DNA from: Candidatus Udaeobacter sp.
GTDB lineage: Bacteria; Acidobacteriota; Terriglobia; Acidiferrales; UBA7541
NCBI GenBank assembly: GCA_035511855.1
Contig: DATKEV010000171.1
Span: 2,187 to 66,186 of the forward strand
Length of the DNA stretch: 64,000 nucleotides
Reading direction: 5' to 3'
A model generated the notes under the pieces. The model saw nothing but the letters and a program-made list of their open reading frames with translations, did not search any database and was not told the DNA's origin. The position numbers and the translations under genes are program-made. Positions 9,292 to 18,567 of the stretch are shown here, piece by piece; the stretch's first letter is position 1, and the number at the start of each line of letters is the position of its first letter.

Positions 9292-9434
9292 GCCGGCCAA
9301 AGAGGTCCTTCTCATAACTTCGTCCAAGAGAAGTGCCAGAATAATCCCGATTCCTGGCCACCTGCGGCTCCCATAAAATGAGGTTGAAAAAATTTGGTTT
9401 TTGACTACGCTACAGTCACACTGGAGGTCATCGA

Positions 9435-10193
9435 ATGGCTGGTTCCCCCACACTTTTGCCGGAGTCCCGGTTCGGCAGCACCCTTCGCCGCGACGCCTGG
9501 TGGATTGAGATTCTCCCGGTCTTCATAATCCTGGTCGGGTTCGGGATTTACGCCACTCTGCGCGCGTTCGAAGGGAAGTTTTATTCCTGGGGACCGTACC
9601 TCTCGCCTTTCTATTCGCCGCTTATCGATCCGGAGCACCACTGGTGGAAATTTTCTCCTGCGCTGCTAATCCTTGCCGGCCCTCTCGGCTTTCGAGCAAC
9701 CTGCTATTATTACCGCAAAGCGTACTACCGCGCGTTTTTCCTAGATCCCCCCGCCTGCGCGGTCGGTGAACCCGCGCGCCGCAACTATCGCGGCGAAACC
9801 GCATTTCCCTTCATCTTGCAAAACGTGCATCGCTACTTTTTTTATCTCGCGGTTCTTTTCATCTGTTTCCTTTGGTACGACGCCATCCGGTCGTTCTTCT
9901 TCGATGGCCACTTTGGCATTGGGGTTGGCACGCTCGTCCTGACGATCAATGTCACCCTTCTCTCGCTCTACACTTTTTCTTGCCACTCCCTCCGTCATCT
10001 TGCTGGCGGCAAACTCGATTGCTTTTCCTGCGCGACTTTTGGCCGTTCGCGCTTTGAAGCCTGGAGCTTTTTCAGCTACTTGAACGAGCGCCACATGCTC
10101 TTCGCTTGGTGCAGCCTCGTTTCGGTTGGCTTCGCGGACTTCTACGTGCGTATGGTGGCCTGCGGGACCTTCCGGGACCTGAGGCTCTTGTGA
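9435..10193 (+). CDS. succinate dehydrogenase/fumarate reductase membrane anchor (cytochrome b-like)
   Basis: 252-aa polytopic membrane protein. Its stop overlaps the GTG start of the flavoprotein gene (GTGA). The assignment is by position and hydrophobicity only. Confidence 0.55.
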   Translation: MAGSPTLLPESRFGSTLRRDAWWIEILPVFIILVGFGIYATLRAFEGKFYSWGPYLSPFYSPLIDPEHHWWKFSPALLILAGPLGFRATCYYYRKAYYRAFFLDPPACAVGEPARRNYRGETAFPFILQNVHRYFFYLAVLFICFLWYDAIRSFFFDGHFGIGVGTLVLTINVTLLSLYTFSCHSLRHLAGGKLDCFSCATFGRSRFEAWSFFSYLNERHMLFAWCSLVSVGFADFYVRMVACGTFRDLRLL

Positions 10194-11911
10194 CCGCCCA
10201 CTACGAGACCCGCGAACACGACGTTTTGATTATCGGGGCTGGTGGCGCCGGGTTGCGCGCCGCTATCGAAGCGCTCGCGCAAGGCGCCTCCGTCGGAGTG
10301 GTCTGCAAGTCGCTTCTCGGAAAGGCGCATACGGTCATGGCCGAGGGCGGCATCGCCGCAGCCATGGCCAACGTGGACCCCGCTGACAGTTGGAAGACTC
10401 ATTTTCGCGACACCATGCGCGGCGGAAAATTTCTAAATAACTGGCGCATGGCCCAGCTTCACGCCCAAGAATCTCCCGATCGCGTCCGCGAACTCGAGCA
10501 ATGGGGCGCTCTTTTCGATCGCACGGAGAGCGGCGACATACTTCAGCGCGCTTTCGGCGGGCATACCTTCAAGCGCCTCTGCCACGTCGGCGACCGCACC
10601 GGCCTCGAAATGATTCGCACGCTGCAGGATCGCGGCGTCCAGCAGGGGATTGACGTCTATATGGAATGCACCGTCACTCGGCTTTTAACGGACAACGGGC
10701 GCGTCTCTGGTGCGTTTGCGTATTGGCGCGAGAATGGCCGCTTCATCGCTTTCAGAGCTAAATCTGTCGTCATCGCCACCGGCGGCATTGGCAAAGCCTG
10801 GCGCGTTACTTCCAACTCCTGGGAGTACACGGGCGACGGCATGGCGCTTGCCTATGAAGCCGGCGCCGAACTCATGGACATGGAATTCGTGCAGTTCCAT
10901 CCCACGGGCATGGTCTGGCCGCCCGGCGTCCAAGGGATTCTCGTCACCGAAGCCGTGCGCGGCGAAGGCGGCGTCCTGCGCAACAAAGCCGGTGAGCGCT
11001 TCATGGAAAAGTACGACCCCAAGCGCATGGAGCTCTCGACGCGCGATGTCGTCGCCCGCTCCATTTATACCGAAGTCAAGGAAGGCCGCGGCACTGAACA
11101 CGGCGGCGCATATCTCGACATTTCTCACAAACCCGCCGAGTACGTGAAGAAAAAGCTGCCGAGCATGTACCACCAGTTCAAGGAGCTCGCGGATGTGGAC
11201 ATCACGAAGGGCCCGATGGAAGTCGGGCCTACATGCCATTACATGATGGGTGGTATTCGCGTGGACGCGGAAACCGCCGAATCCACCATGCCCGGCCTTT
11301 TTGCTGCCGGCGAAGCAGCTGCGGGTCTTCACGGCTCGAATCGTCTCGGCGGTAATTCGCTTTCCGACCTCTTGGTATTCGGTCGCCGCGCCGGCCTCGC
11401 GGCCGCCCAGAATGCGAGGCGCACATCAGCTCCTGGCGTCGACAGCTCGCAAATCGATCAAGCCGAAAAAGAATTGCTTGCTCCCTTTTCCAACTTCGGA
11501 ACGGAAAGCCCTTACGCCGTGCATCGCGACTTGCAGGAAGTCATGCAGAATCTCGTTGGCATCTTTCGCACCGATGAGGATTTGAAGAAAGCGCTCGCCG
11601 AATTGGAAGAACTAAAAGTCCGCGCTTTCAAAGCGAGTGTTGAAGGCTCGCGCCTCTTCAATCCCGGCTGGCATCTTTCTTACGATTTGAAGGCCATGCT
11701 CATCGTCTCCGAAGCCGTCGCGCACAGCGCCTTGGCACGTACGGAAAGCCGAGGAGCACACAGCCGCATCGATCACCCGAATCTCGATCCCGTCTGGGAG
11801 AAGAAACACAACATCATCGTGAGGGAATCCGGCGGCATGAAACGCCGTGAATCTCCGATCGAAGAGATGCCTGAGGACTTGAAGCAGATTCTTGCCGAGG
11901 ACAAATCGTGA
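10190..11911 (+). CDS. sdhA: succinate dehydrogenase/fumarate reductase flavoprotein subunit
   Basis: DVLIIGAGGAGLRAA FAD fold, FHPTG, HYMMGGI, ESRGAHSR. GTG start at 10190 chosen over the upstream ATG at 10106, which lies inside the anchor gene. Confidence 0.9.
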   Translation: MTAHYETREHDVLIIGAGGAGLRAAIEALAQGASVGVVCKSLLGKAHTVMAEGGIAAAMANVDPADSWKTHFRDTMRGGKFLNNWRMAQLHAQESPDRVRELEQWGALFDRTESGDILQRAFGGHTFKRLCHVGDRTGLEMIRTLQDRGVQQGIDVYMECTVTRLLTDNGRVSGAFAYWRENGRFIAFRAKSVVIATGGIGKAWRVTSNSWEYTGDGMALAYEAGAELMDMEFVQFHPTGMVWPPGVQGILVTEAVRGEGGVLRNKAGERFMEKYDPKRMELSTRDVVARSIYTEVKEGRGTEHGGAYLDISHKPAEYVKKKLPSMYHQFKELADVDITKGPMEVGPTCHYMMGGIRVDAETAESTMPGLFAAGEAAAGLHGSNRLGGNSLSDLLVFGRRAGLAAAQNARRTSAPGVDSSQIDQAEKELLAPFSNFGTESPYAVHRDLQEVMQNLVGIFRTDEDLKKALAELEELKVRAFKASVEGSRLFNPGWHLSYDLKAMLIVSEAVAHSALARTESRGAHSRIDHPNLDPVWEKKHNIIVRESGGMKRRESPIEEMPEDLKQILAEDKS

Positions 11912-11953
11912 AACGGTTCTCGATTTGTCCGGAAAGATGAGGGGAAGAAACAC

Positions 11954-12700
11954 ATGAAGGAAGCCACCCTGCGCGTTTTTCGCGGCGATTCGAACGGCGG
12001 GGGAAGCGTCGACTACTCCGTCCCCGTCGCTCCCGGCATGGTTGTGCTCGACGCGCTCCACTACATCCAGGGCCACCTCGCTCCCGATCTCGCCGTTCGG
12101 TGGAATTGCAAAGCAGGGAAGTGCGGCTCCTGTTCTGCCGAAGTCAACGGCCGACCCCGCTTGACGTGCAAAACACGCATGGACGATCTCCCGCAGGACC
12201 GACCCGTCACCGTTCTGCCCATGAAATCTTTCCCGCTGATCAAAGACCTTGTCACCGACGTTTCCTGGAACTATCGCGTAAACCGCAAAATCCCGCCGTT
12301 CGAACCCCGCAAGGGTGTGGAATGGAAAATCTCCCAGCTCGACGTGGACCGCGTCCAGGAGTTTCGCAAGTGCATCGAATGCTTTCTGTGCCAGAACGTT
12401 TGCCACGTACTTCGCGAGCACGACAAAAAGGAGCAGTTCGCCGGACCGCGCTTTTTCGTTCGTGTCGCCGGGCTCGAAATGCATCCGCTTGACGGGCTCA
12501 ACCGTGCCGGCTTGCTGAAAGATCATCTTGGCCTGGGATATTGCAATATCACGAAGTGTTGCACGGAGGTTTGCCCTGAGGAGATTCGAATCACCGATAA
12601 CGCCATCATCCCGCTCAAAGAGCGTGTGGTCGACCAATTCTACGATCCACTGACTATGATCTTTCGCGTGTTTGGCGGCGGCAAGGAAAAAAGTTTGTAG
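11954..12700 (+). CDS. sdhB: succinate dehydrogenase/fumarate reductase iron-sulfur subunit
   Basis: Cys clusters CKAGKCGSCSAEVNG...C (2Fe-2S), CIECFLCQNVC and CTEVCP (4Fe-4S/3Fe-4S). Confidence 0.9.
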   Translation: MKEATLRVFRGDSNGGGSVDYSVPVAPGMVVLDALHYIQGHLAPDLAVRWNCKAGKCGSCSAEVNGRPRLTCKTRMDDLPQDRPVTVLPMKSFPLIKDLVTDVSWNYRVNRKIPPFEPRKGVEWKISQLDVDRVQEFRKCIECFLCQNVCHVLREHDKKEQFAGPRFFVRVAGLEMHPLDGLNRAGLLKDHLGLGYCNITKCCTEVCPEEIRITDNAIIPLKERVVDQFYDPLTMIFRVFGGGKEKSL

Positions 12701-12746
12701 CGGCGGGCTTATCCTGCCGATGTCTCACTCCGATCAAGGAGGCTCT

Positions 12747-13289
12747 ATGGAACACAAACTGAAATCCATTTCCAAAGCGGGTATTCCCGAGGCCCTTGCC
12801 AAAGTGGACCTTTACCGCTACCTTAACGAGCCCGAGGAAGCCGAATCCATTTGCCGCGATATTCTTGCTGTGGATCCTGAACACCAGCTCGCTCGCCGGA
12901 TGCTCGGCCTTGCCATCACTGACCAATTTACCGGCGCCTCGAGCGATCGTTACGCCGAAGTGCAATCCATCTTTCAAGGATTGCGCGAGCTATACGAGCG
13001 CTTCTATTACACGGGCCTACTGTTCGAACGCCGTGCGAAAGCGCAACTCCTCGTGGGCTACGCTCCGCATATCCTTTTGCCGCTAGTGCAAGAGGCGATG
13101 CGCTGTTTTGCTGAAGCCGAGAGAATTCGTCCCGCCGGCAACGATGACAGCATTCTTCGATGGAACCGATGCGTCCGGCTTCTGGAAAGCCGCCCCGATT
13201 TTCATATTGAACCTGCCTCCGCCGCCTTCGACACCGAGGACACGCCGCCGGTCAGCCCTGGTCTTCGCCGCGCTGGCGGCGACCACTGA
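12747..13289 (+). CDS. hypothetical helical (TPR-like) protein
   Basis: ATG preceded by AAGGAGG, 46 nt after sdhB. No recognisable family. Confidence 0.5.
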   Translation: MEHKLKSISKAGIPEALAKVDLYRYLNEPEEAESICRDILAVDPEHQLARRMLGLAITDQFTGASSDRYAEVQSIFQGLRELYERFYYTGLLFERRAKAQLLVGYAPHILLPLVQEAMRCFAEAERIRPAGNDDSILRWNRCVRLLESRPDFHIEPASAAFDTEDTPPVSPGLRRAGGDH

Positions 13290-13308
13290 GGTTTGCAAAC
13301 AGGAAGAA

Positions 13309-15075
13309 CTAAGAAGATATTTGGGCTGTAACCGCTCGATGAAACCGCCGTGACAGTTTATCGTGCTCTTCACGGATCGCTGGTGGCAGACGGTGACCGA
13401 ATTTCGCAAAAAACTCTTTCGTGTCTATATTTTCCGATTCCCAATCCTGCTGCTTCACACCCAGCAATTCGTTTAGCGCGGCCTCAGAAATGTTCAAGCC
13501 GTCGAGCGTCAATCCATTTTTGGACGGTACAAAACCGATCGGTGTTTCCTGCGCGGCGCCGCGGCCCTCCACGCGTTCGAGAATCCATTTCAATACGCGC
13601 ACATTTTCGCCATAGCCGGGCCACAGGAATTTCCCATCCGCTCCTTTGCGGAACCAGTTTACATGGAAAATCTTCGGCGGTTTTGAAATCTTCTTCCCCA
13701 TCTCCAGCCAGTGGGCAAAATAGTCCGCCATGTTGTAGCCGCAGAAGGGCAGCATGGCCATCGGATCGCGCCGCGTGATGCCCACGTCGCCTGTGGCCGC
13801 CGCGGTGGTTTCCGAGGCCATCGTCGCGCCCACAAACACGCCATGCTGCCAGTCAAACGATTCGTAAACCAGCGGAGCCAAGCGCGCGCGGCGTCCACCG
13901 AAAATAAACGCCGAGATCGGCACGCCCTCCGGTGCATTCCACTTCGGCGAAATGCTCGGCGATTGGCAGGCCGGCACGGTGTAGCGCGCATTCGGATGCG
14001 CCGCTGTCCCCTTTGATCTATCCCACTTTTCGCCCTTCCAGTTGGTCAAGCCTGCAGGCGGTTCGCTGCCGATTCCTTCCCACCAAGGCTCCCGCTCTGA
14101 AGTCATGGCCACGTTCGTGAACAGGGTGTTTTTCCGCAACGCGTGCATCACGTTCTGGTTGGTCTTCATTCCTGTGCCGGGTGCCACGCCAAAAAATCCC
14201 GCTTCGGGATTGATAGCGTGCAAATATCCGTCGTCCCCGACCTTCATCCACGCGATGTCGTCCCCAACGGTCCACACGCGATAGCCCCGGCTCTCCAGCG
14301 CCGACACCATCATTGCCAAGTTCGTTTTTCCGCATGCGCTTGGAAACGCCGCGCCCATGTACGTCACTTTGCCACCGGGCGATTCCAACCCCAGGATCAG
14401 CATGTGCTCCGCCATCCAGCCCTGTTCGCGCGCCATTACGCTGGCAATGCGCAGCGCAAAACACTTTTTCCCCAGCAGCGCGTTTCCCCCGTAGCCTGAT
14501 CCCACGCTCCAGATCAATTTCTCTTCCGGAAAATGCAGGATGAACCGCCGCATCGGATCCAAATCGCCCAATGAATGAAGGCCAGGTACGAATTCACCGG
14601 AAGAACCCAGACGGTCGATTGCGACTCTGCCCATGCGCGACATGATGTACATGCTCGACACGACATAGGGGCTGTCCGTCGCCTCGACCCCGACTTTGCT
14701 GATCGGCGAACTCACCGGGCCCATGACGTAGGGCACCACATACATGGTTCGACCGCGCATTGCTCCGTCCAGCAGTGCGCCCACTTTGTGACGCGCCGCG
14801 CTCGGATCCATCCAGTTGTTCGTCGGCCCCGCCTCTTCTTTTTCCTGCGAGCAAATGAAGGTCAAGTGTTCGGTCCGCGCGACATCATTCGGACTACTGC
14901 GATGCAGGTAACAATTCGGGTAGGTTTTCTCGTTCAGGGCGTAGGTATCCCCACCGCGCAACATTTCGGCGATCATGCGCTGATACTCGGCCTCGGAACC
15001 GTCGCAATACACCACACGATCCGGCTTCGTCAGCTTTGCCGCCTCGTCGACCCAGCTTTCTAGTGGAGTAGCCAC
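13309..15075 (-). CDS. pckG: phosphoenolpyruvate carboxykinase (GTP)
   Basis: FPSACGKTNLAMM kinase-1a P-loop and full-length GTP-PEPCK-like sequence. GTG start with AGGGGGA upstream. Confidence 0.93.
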   Translation of the reverse strand: MATPLESWVDEAAKLTKPDRVVYCDGSEAEYQRMIAEMLRGGDTYALNEKTYPNCYLHRSSPNDVARTEHLTFICSQEKEEAGPTNNWMDPSAARHKVGALLDGAMRGRTMYVVPYVMGPVSSPISKVGVEATDSPYVVSSMYIMSRMGRVAIDRLGSSGEFVPGLHSLGDLDPMRRFILHFPEEKLIWSVGSGYGGNALLGKKCFALRIASVMAREQGWMAEHMLILGLESPGGKVTYMGAAFPSACGKTNLAMMVSALESRGYRVWTVGDDIAWMKVGDDGYLHAINPEAGFFGVAPGTGMKTNQNVMHALRKNTLFTNVAMTSEREPWWEGIGSEPPAGLTNWKGEKWDRSKGTAAHPNARYTVPACQSPSISPKWNAPEGVPISAFIFGGRRARLAPLVYESFDWQHGVFVGATMASETTAAATGDVGITRRDPMAMLPFCGYNMADYFAHWLEMGKKISKPPKIFHVNWFRKGADGKFLWPGYGENVRVLKWILERVEGRGAAQETPIGFVPSKNGLTLDGLNISEAALNELLGVKQQDWESENIDTKEFFAKFGHRLPPAIREEHDKLSRRFHRAVTAQISS

Positions 15076-15417
15076 TCATCCCCCTGCTGGTCCAGTCGCT
15101 CGGCACCCCGCGGTCCAGGATGCGGCGCTCCGGCCGTTCGCGAGGCCGGGCCCACTTTGGATGAAGATCCCGGCCACGCCGGGGTCGTAGAGCGAATGGA
15201 CTCGTCTATGCCATATGGCTCAAACAGAGGAAGGAACTCCCGGCCAAGATGGCAGACATCTTGCTTTTACCCGTCCACAGTCTATGTTAGCCGTCGCCGC
15301 GTGCGCAAGCCGTGGTGTTGCGGAACGCTGCCTTTCTGCCGCATCCTTCTTTTCCTCTTTCCGGCTCTCTCATGACCGCGCTTCGGTCGCTCCTTCTCTG
15401 TTGTAAACTCGCCTCTC

Positions 15418-16224
15418 TTGTCTACTCCAAGCCAATTCGAGCGGTTGCGCGTGGTGCTCGTGAACACGCGCAATCCCCTCAACATCGGTGCTGCCGCCCG
15501 AGCGATGAGCAATTTCGGCTTCACTCAACTGCGCGTCGTGAATCCCTATGAACTCGCGTTTCGTGAAGCGCGATCGGCGGTTGGCGCCGCTACTCTTCTC
15601 GCCGCTGCCGAAGAGCACAAGAGCGTCCGTGAAGCCGTCGCGGACTGCACCTTGGTCGTCGGCACGACCGCCGTCGGCAGCCGCGAGGTGCAACATCCGG
15701 TGCGGCGCCTCGAACAAGCCGCGCTGCTCATTCGCAAACGGCTCGCCGGTAGCCCCGTCGCCCTTCTCTTCGGATCTGAAAAGCGCGGGCTCTCCAACGA
15801 AGACTTGAGCCACTGCCATTGGCTGCTGCGCATTCCCACGCGCGAAGAGCACCGCTCGATGAACCTCGGCCAAGCCGTGGCCGTCTGCCTCTACGAAATC
15901 GCGCGCGATTCCAAAGTTGTCCGGCGAACCGAGCGCGCTGTCGCCGCCTCCGGTGACCTCGAGCGAATAACCGCGGTTCTGCTCGACGTGCTTCGCACGA
16001 GCGACTATTTGAAATCGACATCGCTTGCCGCTTCGAGAACCCGCGTGAACTCCAAGCCTGGATTTCCCTTTGCACAAAGTCCGGACCAAGCCCCCAAGAA
16101 GCACCAGGAAGAAAAAATCCGACGTCTTGTGCGCCGCCTTAATCTTTCCGCTGTCGACGCCGACCTGTTCCTAGGCATCCTTCGCCAAATCCTTTGGAGA
16201 CTCCATTCCAGCGACAATTCGTAG
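15418..16224 (+). CDS. trmJ: SpoU/TrmH-class RNA 2'-O-methyltransferase, TrmJ-like
   Basis: LRVVLVNTRNPLNIGAAARAMSNFG N-terminus, LLFGSEKRGLSNE, NLGQAVAVCLYE. TTG start. Confidence 0.75.
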   Translation: MSTPSQFERLRVVLVNTRNPLNIGAAARAMSNFGFTQLRVVNPYELAFREARSAVGAATLLAAAEEHKSVREAVADCTLVVGTTAVGSREVQHPVRRLEQAALLIRKRLAGSPVALLFGSEKRGLSNEDLSHCHWLLRIPTREEHRSMNLGQAVAVCLYEIARDSKVVRRTERAVAASGDLERITAVLLDVLRTSDYLKSTSLAASRTRVNSKPGFPFAQSPDQAPKKHQEEKIRRLVRRLNLSAVDADLFLGILRQILWRLHSSDNS

Positions 16225-16368
16225 CACTAAGGACCTATTTCTGTTTTGTCTCCCTATATCCACACTTTTCCCGCCCTCCGCTGGGGAAAATGGTATTGTT
16301 GTGGCTGCCCTAGACGCTCTCGAGACCACGCACGCGGGTCTTCAAAAACGCAGATCACCGGAGACTAC

Positions 16369-17214
16369 ATGGAACTAAGCGCCACGCAACCAGCACGCCC
16401 CTGGGATCGGCCTTTCTGGAAGCCGGTTCACGGCAAGGAAGGCGTTTTCACCTTCCTCATCCTCATTCACGTCCTCTCCTTGATCGGGCTGATCCTTTTT
16501 CCGTTGCCGAGTCTCAAAGTCATAGGATTAACTTTGCTCTTCATTGCCTTCGGCGGGCTTGGCACCACGGTTTGCTACCACCGCATGCTCGCCCACAAGA
16601 CCCTCAAGACCAACCGCTCTATCGAGCAATTCCTGATTTTCTGGGCCATCTTCAACGGCTCCGGTCATCCGGCGAGCTGGGTCGCGTACCATCGTTTGCA
16701 TCACTCCGTCACGGACACCCCGGATGATATCTCCAGTCCCAAGCAGGGCGGATTCTGGTGGGCGCACCTGCGCTGGCTGTATCAAACCCAGCCGGCCGAC
16801 AAGCAGCGTTGGGCTCCGGAACTGGCTGGCGGGATTTACAAGTATTGGGGCTGGTTGGAAACGCCAATCATCGTGCTCTCGATTTTCAGCGGGCTGCTAC
16901 TGGGATTTGGCTGGATGGGCTTTTTCTGGATAGGTGCCATGCGCTTGGTCTATACCTTGCACTTGCAGTGCCTGGTGAACAGCCTGACGCATCTCGGGCA
17001 CGAGCGCGAAGGCGACTCCAGCATCAATGTCTGGTGGCTTGGCCCGTTCCAAATCACAGCGTGGGGAGAAAACTGGCACAAGAACCATCATACACACGCG
17101 GGCTCGGCGCGCCTCGGGTTGCGCTGGTATCAGACGGACATTGGCTGGTATTTCATTTGGCTTCTCGAAGCCGTCGGCCTGGCGCACTCCGTCAAGCGCC
17201 CCCGCGCCTCGTAA
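16369..17214 (+). CDS. acyl-CoA (delta-9-type) fatty acid desaturase
   Basis: Three His boxes (HRMLAH, HRLHH, HKNHH) with intervening TM helices. Start at the internal ATG (MELSATQ). Confidence 0.85.
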   Translation: MELSATQPARPWDRPFWKPVHGKEGVFTFLILIHVLSLIGLILFPLPSLKVIGLTLLFIAFGGLGTTVCYHRMLAHKTLKTNRSIEQFLIFWAIFNGSGHPASWVAYHRLHHSVTDTPDDISSPKQGGFWWAHLRWLYQTQPADKQRWAPELAGGIYKYWGWLETPIIVLSIFSGLLLGFGWMGFFWIGAMRLVYTLHLQCLVNSLTHLGHEREGDSSINVWWLGPFQITAWGENWHKNHHTHAGSARLGLRWYQTDIGWYFIWLLEAVGLAHSVKRPRAS

Positions 17215-17270
17215 CCAGGCCCTTCGGATACTGAGACTGCGACCGGTTCGCGCGCCCCATTTTCATTCTC

Positions 17271-17531
17271 ATGTATGCGCAAAAATTTATCGTGAACGTG
17301 GTGATTCGCGGGGAGAGCAGCGCCTGCCCGCTCGAGTGGCTCGACCAGTTTTGCATGCGCAATTTCACCAACTCCGCTGATTTTGACGACACGCTTCCCG
17401 TGGCCGATGGCAAAGTCGAAGCCAGTTTTCGGCTTTCTCCGGAGCGGTTCGCCGAAGGACTGGGCGCGTGGCTCACCCAGCGCGGCAAAGGCGAAGGCCA
17501 GCCGGTGGTGGTGCAGGTCAGTCGCAAATAG
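17271..17531 (+). CDS. hypothetical protein (86 aa)
   Basis: G/C-biased third positions. Preferred over the 147-aa antisense ORF, which has Arg/Ala/Gly shadow-frame composition. Confidence 0.4.
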   Translation: MYAQKFIVNVVIRGESSACPLEWLDQFCMRNFTNSADFDDTLPVADGKVEASFRLSPERFAEGLGAWLTQRGKGEGQPVVVQVSRK

Positions 17532-17580
17532 TTGAATGGAATTTCCCGGCGCGACGAGGTTCGGCTGAGACAAATCCGCT

Positions 17581-18465
17581 CTAGTCTGCGGAATCGCGCT
17601 TTTCGCTGTGGAGTGCGGCGCGAATCTGCGGCAAGGCGGCCAGCGCCGCGGCTTCGCCGGCTGCGATCATGTCCGGCGTCTTCGAGAAATCATCCCACAC
17701 GAAGAGTTTTACATCGGGCTCGATGATGACGTCCGCCTGCGTGCGCCAGGCGAGATCAGAATGGCGCTGCAAGATGTTAAACGCGCGGCTGAGAATGTCC
17801 GTAAAGGTGCGCGGCTGTTCGACGGTACCTGACTCCAGGTACACCGCAATGACGATATCCGCACCCAGGAGCAGTGCGCCCTCGACGGGAACCGGAGCAG
17901 TCAGAAAACCGTCCACAAGCGTGCGGCCTTCATGCTGGATCGGCAAGAAGAGACCGGGATACGCACAGGAAGCGCGGATGGCCGGTACGAGAGGTCCATG
18001 CGAATAATAGACGGACACACCCGCGTTGATATCCGTGGCCGCGATGGCGAGCGGTGTTTTCAATTCCTCGAAAGTTTTTGCGGAAGTAAAACGAGTGAGA
18101 TACTTTTCCATGCGTTGGTTCGTTGCAAGTCCCAGCCAAGAGGGTGTCCAGCGGCCAAAATCCGCGAAGCTCGTAGCGCTACCAACCTTTTCCATATTTT
18201 CGAGCGATGACCCCGCGCAGTATCCTGCGCCGATCAGCGCGCCTACGCTTGTGCCGGCGACACAGTCGATGGGGATGCTTGCTTCGCGGAGAACACGCAG
18301 GACGCCAATGTGGGCAATACCTCGGGCAAAACCGCCAGCAAGCGCCAGGCCAACGCGCGGCCGCTCCTTCGGCTCGTCTTGCACACCCTGAGCGAGCGCA
18401 CGAAATTTGTCTTTTGCGGTCCGGAGCCAGCCGAGAGGGCCGGAGATATTGGCTTCATTTCCCAT
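17581..18465 (-). CDS. patatin-like phospholipase
   Basis: GGFARG oxyanion motif, GTSVGA (GxSxG) nucleophile, VDGF Asp of the catalytic dyad. Confidence 0.85.
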   Translation of the reverse strand: MGNEANISGPLGWLRTAKDKFRALAQGVQDEPKERPRVGLALAGGFARGIAHIGVLRVLREASIPIDCVAGTSVGALIGAGYCAGSSLENMEKVGSATSFADFGRWTPSWLGLATNQRMEKYLTRFTSAKTFEELKTPLAIAATDINAGVSVYYSHGPLVPAIRASCAYPGLFLPIQHEGRTLVDGFLTAPVPVEGALLLGADIVIAVYLESGTVEQPRTFTDILSRAFNILQRHSDLAWRTQADVIIEPDVKLFVWDDFSKTPDMIAAGEAAALAALPQIRAALHSEKRDSAD

Positions 18466-18567
18466 GCCTCTATTTTAGTGCTAACGCGCAAGATGGCGCG
18501 GGCGTTTGACCCCCGCATGCCGGTTTTGTAACCTGTCCTTCCGTATAAATCCAGAAAAAGGGGCGCT

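Noticed and set aside
17581-18465. Patatin-like phospholipase as a possible CBASS-type defence effector.
   Set aside because: No cyclic-nucleotide synthase, E1/E2 or other defence-associated gene is adjacent. The neighbours are lipid-metabolism genes (a desaturase and a FadN-type enzyme), which fits a housekeeping lipase.
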